Of a stretch of 64,000 nt of DNA, positions 28,201 through 36,693 are shown one piece after another; position 1 is the stretch's first letter; each line of letters starts with the position of its first letter. The position numbers and the translations under genes are program-made. Under the pieces are notes generated by a model. The model saw nothing but the letters and a program-made list of their open reading frames with translations. It was not told the origin of the DNA and searched no databases. Origin of the DNA: an uncultured bacterium (lineage in GTDB: Bacteria > Acidobacteriota > Thermoanaerobaculia > Multivoradales > JAHZIX01); assembly GCA_965368975.1 (NCBI GenBank), contig CBDUPA010000005.1, positions 224,001 through 288,000 on the forward strand, written 5' to 3'.

Positions 28201-28464
28201 ATGTCGAGCATACCCGCCACCACCCGACTCTCCACCAAAGGTCAACTCATCATCCCTAAAGACATCCGTGACCGCCACGGCTGGCGTGCCGGAAGTGCGT
28301 TGATCGTCGAAGACCGGGGCACAGAAGTCGTATTGCGGTCGCCTCTGGAGATCCCGGAAACGACCTTGGAAGACCTGGTGGGCTGTACCGGCTATTCCGG
28401 TCCAAGGCGCTCACTCGAAGAGATGGAAGAGGCGATCGCGAGGGGGGCGAGGGAGCGGAGATGA
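28201..28464 (+). CDS. vapB: AbrB/MazE/SpoVT-family antitoxin
   Basis: TRLSTKGQLIIPKDIRDRHGW..G; GAGGA before ATG 28201; ATGA overlap with the toxin. Confidence 0.88.
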   Translation: MSSIPATTRLSTKGQLIIPKDIRDRHGWRAGSALIVEDRGTEVVLRSPLEIPETTLEDLVGCTGYSGPRRSLEEMEEAIARGARERR

Positions 28465-28868
28465 TCGGGCTCGACACGAATGTCCTAGTGAGAATCGTGA
28501 CGCGTGATGATCCCGAACAGCTTCCTGCCGCTATGGCAGTCATGGAAGCTGCCCGGCTTCATGTCACCAAAACGGTGCTGCAAGAGCTGGAGTGGGTGCT
28601 GCGCTATAGCTACCGCCTCGGACGCGAAGAGATCAGCCGGGCCTTGGTGGGTTTGCTGGGACTACGGCGCCTGGAAGTGGAAGATCGGGAAGCAGTCGTC
28701 AGGGCATACCAGGGATACCAGGTCGGAATGGATTGGGCAGATGCACTCCACTTGGCTTCGAGACCAGCAGGTGGTTCGTTGAGCCGCTTTGCCACGTTCG
28801 ACCGAAAACTGGCCAAGACGGCGGAAGGTGTCGAGGCAATGCCAGAGGTCGAGCTGCTCGGAGCCTGA
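28461..28868 (+). CDS. vapC: PIN-domain VapC toxin
   Basis: IGLDTNVLVR, ELEWVL, DWADALH, TFDRKL (acidic PIN tetrad). Confidence 0.92.
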   Translation: MIGLDTNVLVRIVTRDDPEQLPAAMAVMEAARLHVTKTVLQELEWVLRYSYRLGREEISRALVGLLGLRRLEVEDREAVVRAYQGYQVGMDWADALHLASRPAGGSLSRFATFDRKLAKTAEGVEAMPEVELLGA

Positions 28869-28884
28869 TCGCCTCGGTGTTAGC

Positions 28885-30315
28885 TCATCCCGGCAGCTTT
28901 GACGCGTCCACATCCTCCGGCACCGCATCCCCTCGACCCTGCAACCACTTGCGGAACGTATCCTTGTCCAGCGCCTTCTCTAGCCCATCCAGGGGATCCG
29001 CCGTCCCGGCTTCGACGAGCTTCTTCAGGCTGTCATCCATCGCCACCATGCCGACCTTGCGGCCGCCGGAGATGACGTCGGGGATCTGGTGGGTCTTGCC
29101 TTCGCGGATGGCGGAGGAGAGGGCGGGGTTGCGCAGCAATACCTCGACGGCGGCGACGCGGCCTCCGCCTTTTCTGGGCAGGAGCTGCTGGGCGACGATG
29201 CCTTGGATGACGCTGGAGAGCACACCGCGGATCTCGTCGATGCGGCTGGCGGGGAAGACGCTGACGATACGGTCGACGGTCTTGGAGGCGGAGTTGGTGT
29301 GCAGGGTGCCGAAGACGAGGAGGCCGGTGTCGGCGGCGTTGAGGGCGATGCCGATGGTTTCGACGTCGCGCATTTCGCCGACCAGGACGGCGTCGGGGTC
29401 TTCACGTAGGGCCATTCTCAGGGCGTGGGAGAAGCTGGGAGCGTGAGCGCCGATCTCGCGGTGGCTGATGACGCTCTGCTGGTTCTGGTGCACGAACTCG
29501 ATGGGATCCTCGATGGTGATGAAGTGCATGGGACGCTTCTGGTTCATCTCGTGGATCATGGCGGCCAGGGTGGTGCTCTTGCCGGAGCCGGTGGGGCCGG
29601 TGACCAGGACCAAGCCTGAGTTCAGGCGGGTGAGTCTGCGCAGGACGCGCGGGAGCTTGAGATCATCGAGGGTGAGAATCTTGCTCGGGATGATGCGGAA
29701 GACGGCGCCCATGCCGCGCTCTTGCTGGAAGAGGTTGACGCGGAACCGGGCGAGGCCGGGGACCTCGTAGGCAAAGTCCATGTCGCCGGTGGCGCGGTAG
29801 CGCGACCACAGTTCCGGCGGCGTGACGGGGCGCATCAGGTTTTCGAAGTCGCGGTCGTCGAGCACACGGTAGCGGATGGGCTCGATACGACCGGAGAGGC
29901 GCAGCATGGGAGGACGGCCGGCGCTCAGGTGCAGATCGGAGGCGCCGCGGTCTTGCATCAGCTTGAGGAAGCGGTCGATGCGGTTGGTGCGGTGCTCGGT
30001 CTCGACGCTCACGGCGGCTGGCTGGGCTGCTTGTTGAGCTGGCGCCGCGGGTTGAGCTGGTGCCGCGGGCTGGGCCGGTGCTGGCTGAGCTGCGGCTGGC
30101 TGGGGTGCGGGCGAGACCGGTGGGGGCGTCGGCGCCGCGGGAGCGGGCGAAGCAGGGGATTGAGTCGCCGGTGCCTGGGGAGCTGCCGGTGCCTGGGGAG
30201 CTGCTGGGACCTGCGGCACTGCTGGTGCTGGGGGAGCCGGTTGGGTTGCAGCTGCGGGGGCCGTGTCGTCGGGTGGCAGGTCGATGACTCTTGGCGTCTG
30301 TGGGGTGTCGCTCAT
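28885..30315 (-). CDS. pilT: PilT/PilU-family ATPase with a Pro/Ala/Gln-rich N-terminal extension
   Basis: GASDLHL, RFRVN, GPTGSGKSTT, TIEDPIE, ALREDPD, VGEMRD, GTLHT. Confidence 0.88.
   Translation of the reverse strand: MSDTPQTPRVIDLPPDDTAPAAATQPAPPAPAVPQVPAAPQAPAAPQAPATQSPASPAPAAPTPPPVSPAPQPAAAQPAPAQPAAPAQPAAPAQQAAQPAAVSVETEHRTNRIDRFLKLMQDRGASDLHLSAGRPPMLRLSGRIEPIRYRVLDDRDFENLMRPVTPPELWSRYRATGDMDFAYEVPGLARFRVNLFQQERGMGAVFRIIPSKILTLDDLKLPRVLRRLTRLNSGLVLVTGPTGSGKSTTLAAMIHEMNQKRPMHFITIEDPIEFVHQNQQSVISHREIGAHAPSFSHALRMALREDPDAVLVGEMRDVETIGIALNAADTGLLVFGTLHTNSASKTVDRIVSVFPASRIDEIRGVLSSVIQGIVAQQLLPRKGGGRVAAVEVLLRNPALSSAIREGKTHQIPDVISGGRKVGMVAMDDSLKKLVEAGTADPLDGLEKALDKDTFRKWLQGRGDAVPEDVDASKLPG
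30033..30238. repeat. 18-bp tandem repeats encoding the PAAPAQ/AAPQAP linker
   Basis: gttgagctggYgccgcgg x2 (30033-68); gccggtgcctggggagct x2 plus two degenerate copies (30167-238). Confidence 0.85.
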
Positions 30316-30325
30316 ATCTGGATGC

Positions 30326-32803
30326 TCATGCGTTGGGTTCCTGCTGGCTGAGGAAGCCGGGATCGCACATGGGGGCGAAGGTGGCGGGCTTGTCGGCAGC
30401 CTTCCAGGCGGTCTCGGGGGAAATCAAGTCGGCTTCGACAAGGTCCATGAGGCTCTGGTCGAGCATGCGCATGCCGATCTGGCGACCGATCTGCATCAGG
30501 CCGGGAAGCTGGAAGGTCTCGTCGCGGCGGATCGTCGAGCCGACGCTCATGGTGCCCTTGAGGACCTCGAAGGCGGCGACGCGGCCGTGGCCGCTCTTGT
30601 GCTGGAGCAGACGCTGGCAGACGATGTACTTGAGCGATTCGGACAGTGCCATGCGCACCTGGGCCTTCTCATCGGCCGGGAAGCTGTCGACCAGGCGATC
30701 GATGGTCTGGACGGCATTGGTGGTGTGCAGGGTGCCGATCATGAGGTGACCGGTCTCGGCGGCTTCGAGCGCCATGCGGATGGTGTCGGTGTCGCGCAGC
30801 TCGCCCACCACGATGATGTCCGGGTCTTCACGCAGGGCGGCGCGCAGGCCGCTGGCGAAGGCCTTGGTATCGCGGCCCACTTGACGCTGGTTGATCAAGG
30901 CCTGCTTGGGTGGATGGACGAACTCGATCGGGTCTTCCAGGCTGATCAGGTGCGACGGCTTGGTCTCGTTGATCAGGTTGATCAGCGCGGTGAGGGTGGT
31001 GCTCTTGCCGCAGCCGGAAGGGCCGGAGATGACGATGACGCCCTGGTGGAAGTCGAGCAGTTCCTTGAGCTGTTCGGGCAGGCCGAGTTCGGCGAAGCTG
31101 GGCGGTCGGTTGGGGATGACGCGGAAGGAGGCGCACAGGCCGAGACGTTGCTCGTAGGCGTTGGCGCGGTAGCGGCCGACTTCGGGGATGGCGTGGCAGA
31201 AGTCGAGGCCCTTCTCTTCCTCCAGGGTCGCCCACTGCTGGTCGTCGAGGGCAGCGCGCAGGTAGGCTGCGCTCTGTTCTGCGGTGATCGGCTTGAGGTG
31301 GTCGAGACGGTAGAGGACGCCGTCGCGGCGTACGACGGGCGGCTCGCCGACGCTGATGTGCAGGTCGGAGGCTTCCATGTCGCGGATTTGCACGAGCAGC
31401 CGGTCGAGCGGGTTGGAGAGCTTGCTAGTGTCGACCTTCGGGCCGCCTTCGCCTTCCTGGTGTGCGACCTGGAACAGCTCGTTCATGCCGCGTAGCACGT
31501 CGTTGGCGCGCAGGCGTACGTCGGCGTCGGGGTCGCGGTCGCGGACTTGCTTGAGGATGCTGAGCAGACGCCGGTCGTTGAACTTGGAGAACGCCTGCAG
31601 CACCTCCATGCGTACTTCCGGTCGCGGGTCGCGCAGCAGTTGGCTCAGCGGCTGCAATGACGAGACGGCGCCGATGTGGGCCAGCGCGTCGACGGCGGCC
31701 CAGCGGGTGTCTTCATCTTGCAGCATGCGCACCAGATGCGGCACGGCGCGCTCGTCCTTGAGGTTGCCGAGCACTTCACAAGCGGTGACGCGCAGCCACC
31801 AGTCCTTGTCTGCCAGCAGCTTGCAGAAGGGCTCGACGAGACGTTTGTCGTTGAAGCCTTCGGCCAGCATCAGCGCGGCGGTACGGATCTCGGGTGTCGG
31901 ATGGCCGAACAGCTTGACGGCGGCGCGCAGCACCGGCTCGCCGCCTTCGCGCAGGGCCTCGTGGATGCGCAGGCGTAGCCAGCCGGCCATCTTGTGGCCA
32001 AGGTTCAGGATCTCGGTAACGGCCTGCTCCGCACTGCTGGAGTCGATCAGGATCTTGATCGCGCTGCGCCGGGTCTGCTCGGTGCCGCGGGGCAGCAGGT
32101 CGAGCAGCGAGCGGCGCAGGACTTTCGGGTTGGACTCGAGTTCGCGCCGCAGGTAGCTCTCGGCGATGCGTCGGCTGGCGTCGTCGCCGTCGGCCAGACG
32201 GTCGAGCATCAACTCGAGGACGCGCGAGTCGGGAGACGTGGACAGCGCCTTGAGCGCGACCTGGGCCAGCTGCAGGTCTTTGTCGCGGCCCAGCTTGAGC
32301 AGCATGTCGAGACGTGCGTCGGGCGGGCTGGTCTCGAGGATCTCGCTCAGCGCCTTGTGACGCATCGCCGCCGGTGCCTCGAACACGGCGCGATCGAGGT
32401 AGGACGCCCGGATACTGCCGGGCAGCGCCAGGGCGACTTCCCAGGCGGTGCGCCGCGCTTGCAGGTCGTCGCTGGTCAGCAACTGCTCCATGGCGCCATG
32501 GACGGCCGCAGCAGGCAAATGCTCGACCAAGGGCAGCAAGCCCTCGCGCATTTTGGCCGACTTGGTGCCCAGCTCGGTGACGAAAGCTTTGACGCCCTCG
32601 GCGTCGGCGCCGCTGACGAATAGCTGGGTGCCGCTCTGGCGTACCGCGCTGTCCTGGTGCACGACCAGCGGCACTAGCTCTGCGCTTTGCTTGGGCGGGC
32701 TCTGCTGCAGCTGGGCCAGCAGGGCGTCGCGCTCTGCTGGGTCGCCCCAGCCGCTGGCGGCGAGGGTCTGGACGGGCGTCTTCTTGCTGCCGAAGAGGGC
32801 CAT
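30326..32803 (-). CDS. HEAT-repeat / PilT-family ATPase fusion
   Basis: ~450 aa of HEAT-like repeats (LLADKDWWLRVTACEVLG, LLRDPRPEVR, DPDADVR), then ASDLHI, GPSGCGKSTT, EDPIE, ALREDPD, GELRD, GTLHT. Confidence 0.85.
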   Translation of the reverse strand: MALFGSKKTPVQTLAASGWGDPAERDALLAQLQQSPPKQSAELVPLVVHQDSAVRQSGTQLFVSGADAEGVKAFVTELGTKSAKMREGLLPLVEHLPAAAVHGAMEQLLTSDDLQARRTAWEVALALPGSIRASYLDRAVFEAPAAMRHKALSEILETSPPDARLDMLLKLGRDKDLQLAQVALKALSTSPDSRVLELMLDRLADGDDASRRIAESYLRRELESNPKVLRRSLLDLLPRGTEQTRRSAIKILIDSSSAEQAVTEILNLGHKMAGWLRLRIHEALREGGEPVLRAAVKLFGHPTPEIRTAALMLAEGFNDKRLVEPFCKLLADKDWWLRVTACEVLGNLKDERAVPHLVRMLQDEDTRWAAVDALAHIGAVSSLQPLSQLLRDPRPEVRMEVLQAFSKFNDRRLLSILKQVRDRDPDADVRLRANDVLRGMNELFQVAHQEGEGGPKVDTSKLSNPLDRLLVQIRDMEASDLHISVGEPPVVRRDGVLYRLDHLKPITAEQSAAYLRAALDDQQWATLEEEKGLDFCHAIPEVGRYRANAYEQRLGLCASFRVIPNRPPSFAELGLPEQLKELLDFHQGVIVISGPSGCGKSTTLTALINLINETKPSHLISLEDPIEFVHPPKQALINQRQVGRDTKAFASGLRAALREDPDIIVVGELRDTDTIRMALEAAETGHLMIGTLHTTNAVQTIDRLVDSFPADEKAQVRMALSESLKYIVCQRLLQHKSGHGRVAAFEVLKGTMSVGSTIRRDETFQLPGLMQIGRQIGMRMLDQSLMDLVEADLISPETAWKAADKPATFAPMCDPGFLSQQEPNA

Positions 32804-32879
32804 GCTCTACCTTCCCGCTAGGGTTCCAGTGTTTGAAGTCCTCGTGACTGGTGGTTGCCTATCCGAGGGTGAAGAAGCA

Positions 32880-33419
32880 CTATTCCAGCGTGAAAAGGGG
32901 ATCGCCGCCGTCGACGTTCTGCCCCGGTTGCACGTGGAGCTTGGTGACCGTGCCGGCCTGCTCGGCGACGATTTCGTTCTCCATCTTCATCGCCTCGAGC
33001 ACCACAATGCCCTGGCCTGTCTCGACCTCCGCACCCTCTTCGATGAGCACCGCGACGACGCGTCCGGGCATGTAGGCGGTGACTTCTTGCCGGCCGCCAG
33101 TACCCGCGCCGGCGGCGGCTTCCTGGGCCAGGAAGGTCAGCGGGTCGGTGACGGTGGCCAGGCCGTGGCCGCAGTGGCCATTGCTCGGGCTCAGCTGATA
33201 ACGACCGCTCCCCTGGGGGTGGACGGCGACCTCGAACTGCGACTCGACACTGTGGTTGTCGGCGGTCTCGACGCGCGTACGCAGGCTGTGCAGGTGGGCG
33301 CCGATGCGCACCGCGTCGACGTGGTAGCTCGCCTCGCCGACGCGCACTTGCCAGCCATCGCCGACACGTTCGGCGTTCACCCGCTCCTGGCGGCCATCGA
33401 AGGTGACGATCAGCTCCAT
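32880..33419 (-). CDS. Biotin carboxyl carrier protein with an N-terminal BT-like domain
   Basis: MPGRVV..EAMKMENEI. Start taken at MELIVT (33419) with GGAGAG upstream, overlapping the carboxylase stop. Confidence 0.9.
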   Translation of the reverse strand: MELIVTFDGRQERVNAERVGDGWQVRVGEASYHVDAVRIGAHLHSLRTRVETADNHSVESQFEVAVHPQGSGRYQLSPSNGHCGHGLATVTDPLTFLAQEAAAGAGTGGRQEVTAYMPGRVVAVLIEEGAEVETGQGIVVLEAMKMENEIVAEQAGTVTKLHVQPGQNVDGGDPLFTLE

Positions 33420-34951
33420 GGGTCTCTCCTCAGACTGGTGCTGCGGCCGCTCTGGCGCCAGTAGGATCGGTACGCGCCGGCACCCTCGGCGGGTACGGAC
33501 GCCAGTCGTTCGCTGTCTTCGGCGAAGGCCAGGGCGGCGGCGATGAAGGGCAGGTCGGGCAGGTCGTTGCACTCGGTGGGTTGCAACTCGCCAGCCGCCA
33601 GCTTGCGCTCGAGCATGTCGTTGTCGAGGTTGCCAGCCAGGAAGTCGGCGTCGTCGAGCAGTGCACGGTAGAGTGGGATGGTGGTGCGGATACCCTCGAC
33701 GCGCATCTCGGCGAGCGCCCGGCCCATGCGTTGCACGGCCTGCTGGCGGTCCTCGCCGAAGAAGATCAACTTGGCGAGCATCGGGTCGTAGTAAATCGGG
33801 ACCTCGGCGCCTTCGTAGACGCCGGCATCGACGCGAACGCCCGGACCATCGGGCCAGCGCAGCATGCGGATCAGGCCCGGTGAAGGGGCAAAGCCGCGGT
33901 AGGCGTCCTCGGCGTAGAGGCGTAGCTCGATGGCGTGACCGCGCGGTTCGACATCGTCATACCGCGCGTCGAGAGCTTCGCCCCGGGCGACCGCCAGCTG
34001 TGCCGCCACCAGGTCGAGGCCGGTGACCATCTCGGTGATCGGGTGCTCGACCTGCAGGCGGGTGTTGACCTCGAGGAAGTAGAAGTCCTTGCCGTTGGCG
34101 TCGAGCAGGAACTCGACGGTGCCGGCATTGGTGTAGCCGACCGCGGCGGCGGCGCGCACGGCAGCTTCGCCCATCCGCTTGCGCAGGTCGGCATCGACCA
34201 CCGGCGACGGTGCTTCTTCGACCACCTTCTGGTGCCGGCGCTGCAGCGAGCACTCACGCTCGCCGAGCGAGACGATCTTGCCGTAATGGTCGCCCAGCAC
34301 CTGGATCTCGATGTGGCGCGGGCGGACGACGAACTTCTCCATGTAGACGGCGTCGTCGCCGAACGAGGCTTTGGCTTCCGAGCGCGCGGTGCGGAACGCC
34401 TTGGGCAGTTCCTCGGCCGAGGGCACCATGCGCATGCCCTTGCCGCCACCGCCGGCCGCCGCCTTGAGCATGACCGGGTAGCCGATCGTCTCGGCTGCAG
34501 CGACAGCGGCGTCGACGTCGGGCAGCGGGTCGCGGCCGCCGGGAACCACTGGAACGCCGGCGTCGATCATCATGCGGCGGCTCTCGACCTTCGAGCCCAT
34601 CGAGGCGATCGCCGACGGCGGTGGTCCGATGAAGATGACGTTCGCGTCGGCGCACATCTGGGCGAATTCGGCGTTCTCGGACAAGAAGCCGTAGCCGGGG
34701 TGGATGGCATCGGCGCCGATTTTCACCGCCAAGTCCACGATCGCCTGACCGCGCAGATACGACTCGCTCGAGGGCGCCGGCCCGATGCAATAGGCCTCGT
34801 CGGCCAGCAACACCGGCAGCGCTTCGCGGTCGGCTTCGGAGTACACCACCGCCGCGCGGATGCCCTGGTCGCGCAAGCCGCGCAGCACCCGCACCGCGAT
34901 CTCTCCGCGGTTGGCGATCAATACCTTCTGGATCGTTTTCGTCTCGCTCAT
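33410..34951 (-). CDS. accC: Biotin carboxylase subunit of acetyl/propionyl-CoA carboxylase
   Basis: IANRGEIA, HPGYGFLSEN, GGGGKGM, RECSLQRRHQK, NTRLQVEH, YDPMLAK. Confidence 0.92.
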   Translation of the reverse strand: MSETKTIQKVLIANRGEIAVRVLRGLRDQGIRAAVVYSEADREALPVLLADEAYCIGPAPSSESYLRGQAIVDLAVKIGADAIHPGYGFLSENAEFAQMCADANVIFIGPPPSAIASMGSKVESRRMMIDAGVPVVPGGRDPLPDVDAAVAAAETIGYPVMLKAAAGGGGKGMRMVPSAEELPKAFRTARSEAKASFGDDAVYMEKFVVRPRHIEIQVLGDHYGKIVSLGERECSLQRRHQKVVEEAPSPVVDADLRKRMGEAAVRAAAAVGYTNAGTVEFLLDANGKDFYFLEVNTRLQVEHPITEMVTGLDLVAAQLAVARGEALDARYDDVEPRGHAIELRLYAEDAYRGFAPSPGLIRMLRWPDGPGVRVDAGVYEGAEVPIYYDPMLAKLIFFGEDRQQAVQRMGRALAEMRVEGIRTTIPLYRALLDDADFLAGNLDNDMLERKLAAGELQPTECNDLPDLPFIAAALAFAEDSERLASVPAEGAGAYRSYWRQSGRSTSLRRDPWS

Positions 34952-34952
34952 G

Positions 34953-34983
34953 GGACCGCCGATGTTAGCACCATCGGCGGTCC
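34953..34983 (-). promoter_or_regulatory. Perfect 12-bp inverted repeat immediately upstream of the accC start
   Basis: ggaccgccgatg-ttagcac-catcggcggtcc; on the minus strand the loop region reads TGcTAACAT (extended -10-like). Confidence 0.55.
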
Positions 34984-34996
34984 TCCGGACTCCGAG

Positions 34997-35131
34997 TCAG
35001 TCGGTCTCGTTGCAGGTACCAATACGCCGTGTCGGAAGTCCGCCCGCGGCTTCGGTCAACTCTTGTTCGGCCAGTTGCTGCAGGGTTTCGCGCTTGAGTT
35101 CGAGCTTCAGTTTGTGCTTCGCGAGTTTCAT
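34997..35131 (-). CDS. 44-aa RiPP-type precursor peptide with a double-glycine leader (absent from the ORF track)
   Basis: Hand translation: MKLAKHKLKLELKRETLQQLAEQELTEAAGG-LPTRRIGTCNETD*. AAGGAG 7 nt before ATG, host-like codons, fills the accC/desulfurase gap. Confidence 0.8.
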   Translation of the reverse strand: MKLAKHKLKLELKRETLQQLAEQELTEAAGGLPTRRIGTCNETD

Positions 35132-35211
35132 GCATCTTCTCCTTTATAGCAGGTTAGGGGGGCGATGGTTGGAAGATACCATCGTGCGGAGCACCTTGGT
35201 ATCCTGCCTGG

Positions 35212-36489
35212 ATGCACGATCCAATGCTCGATCTCGATTATGTCCGTGGACAATTCCCAACCCTGAGTGCCCACCCTGACTGGTCCTTCATGGACAACGC
35301 CGGTGGCAGTCTACCGCTGCGCGGTGTGATCGACGGTGTGGCGGACTGCTTGGCTCGCTGGCCGGTGCAACTGGGTGCCAGCTACGAGGTCAGTGCCGAA
35401 GCGACACGGCGCTTTGCCGAGGCGCATGCGACGATGGAAGCGTGGATTGGTGCCGCGCCGGGATCTGTCGTTCTCGGCCCGTCGACGACGCGCAACCTGC
35501 ACATGCTCGCGGCGGCGCTACGGCCGCTGTGGCGAGAGGGTGACGAGGTGATCGTCACCAACCTGGACCACGAGGCCAACATCGGGCCCTGGCGGCGCCT
35601 GGCGGCGACGGGGATTGTGGTCAGGGAATGGCGTGTGCATCCCGAGTCCGCGCGCTTGGAGCTCGACGACCTCGACGCCCTGCTCAGCGAGCGCACACGC
35701 CTGGTCGCCTTGACGCATTGCTCCAATATCGTCGGTGAGATTGTCGACATCGCCGAGGTCGCGCGCCGGGTGCACCAGGCGGGGCCGTCGGGGGATGGTG
35801 TCTCGGAAGATGGGGTGATGGCTGGTGCGAAGGTGTGCGTTGACGGGGTCGCCTACGCGCCACACCGTTGCCTTGATGTGACCGTTTGGGACGTCGACTT
35901 CTACGCCTTCTCTCTGTACAAGACCTACGGCCCGCACCTGGCGCTGCTCTACGGCAAACCCGAGCTGCTGCGCGCGGCACGCAACCAGAATCACTTCTTC
36001 TACGAGGAAGACCAGGTGCCGGGCAAGTTCGAGCCGGGCAATGTGAGCCACGAGCTGGTGGCGGCGTTGCCGGCGATCCCGCACTACTTCGAACAGCTGG
36101 CGTCACGGCATGGACTCGCCGGAGCCGGCGGCGCCGACACGCTGATTCGCAAGCACGAAGCACAGCTGGCGTCGAGGCTGCTCGACTTTCTGACGTCGAG
36201 GTCCAATGTGCGCGTCCTCGGCCCGACGACAGCCGATCCGGACGTCCGAGTGCCGACCCTTGCCTTCCTCCTCGAGGATGCTGCGGGTAGAGCGAGGAAG
36301 TCGAGCGACATCCCGCCGCTGCTCGACCGCGAGCACATCGCTATCCGCTGGGGTGATTTCTACGCCCGCCGCCTGATGCAGGATCTGGGCTTGCTCGAGC
36401 AGGATGGTGTGGTGCGCGTCAGTCTGGTGCACTACAACACGCTGGACGAGGTGGACCGTCTCGTCGAGGTGCTGGAGCGGGTGCTGTAG
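35212..36489 (+). CDS. Class V PLP aminotransferase / cysteine desulfurase-like protein
   Basis: VRGQFP, DNAGG, LDHEANIGPW, HCSNIVG, DGVAYAPH, FSLYK.YGPH (PLP Lys), VRVSLVHYNT. Start may be 35224. Confidence 0.85.
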   Translation: MHDPMLDLDYVRGQFPTLSAHPDWSFMDNAGGSLPLRGVIDGVADCLARWPVQLGASYEVSAEATRRFAEAHATMEAWIGAAPGSVVLGPSTTRNLHMLAAALRPLWREGDEVIVTNLDHEANIGPWRRLAATGIVVREWRVHPESARLELDDLDALLSERTRLVALTHCSNIVGEIVDIAEVARRVHQAGPSGDGVSEDGVMAGAKVCVDGVAYAPHRCLDVTVWDVDFYAFSLYKTYGPHLALLYGKPELLRAARNQNHFFYEEDQVPGKFEPGNVSHELVAALPAIPHYFEQLASRHGLAGAGGADTLIRKHEAQLASRLLDFLTSRSNVRVLGPTTADPDVRVPTLAFLLEDAAGRARKSSDIPPLLDREHIAIRWGDFYARRLMQDLGLLEQDGVVRVSLVHYNTLDEVDRLVEVLERVL

Positions 36490-36693
36490 CTGGCTCTCCA
36501 GGGCACTGGCAGACCGTTGCGTTCATGATAGTTTGGGGCGGTCTATGCCGGCGGCGTCCGGGTTGCTTCCCAAGACTCCAGTCCCGGTTCTGCGGTTGGG
36601 CTGCACAAGCCATGGTAGAGCGTTCCGGACTCTTCAATGAGTTCGTCTTGTTTTGCTTTGATCTCTGATTACCCTTGAGGAGAGCAGACTTCT

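Noticed and set aside
34965-35135. Alternative 56-aa frame (MHETREAQ...) over the RiPP precursor
   Set aside because: Its ATG is only 3 nt from AAGGAG, codon usage is poor and it has no motif; the 35131 frame fits far better.
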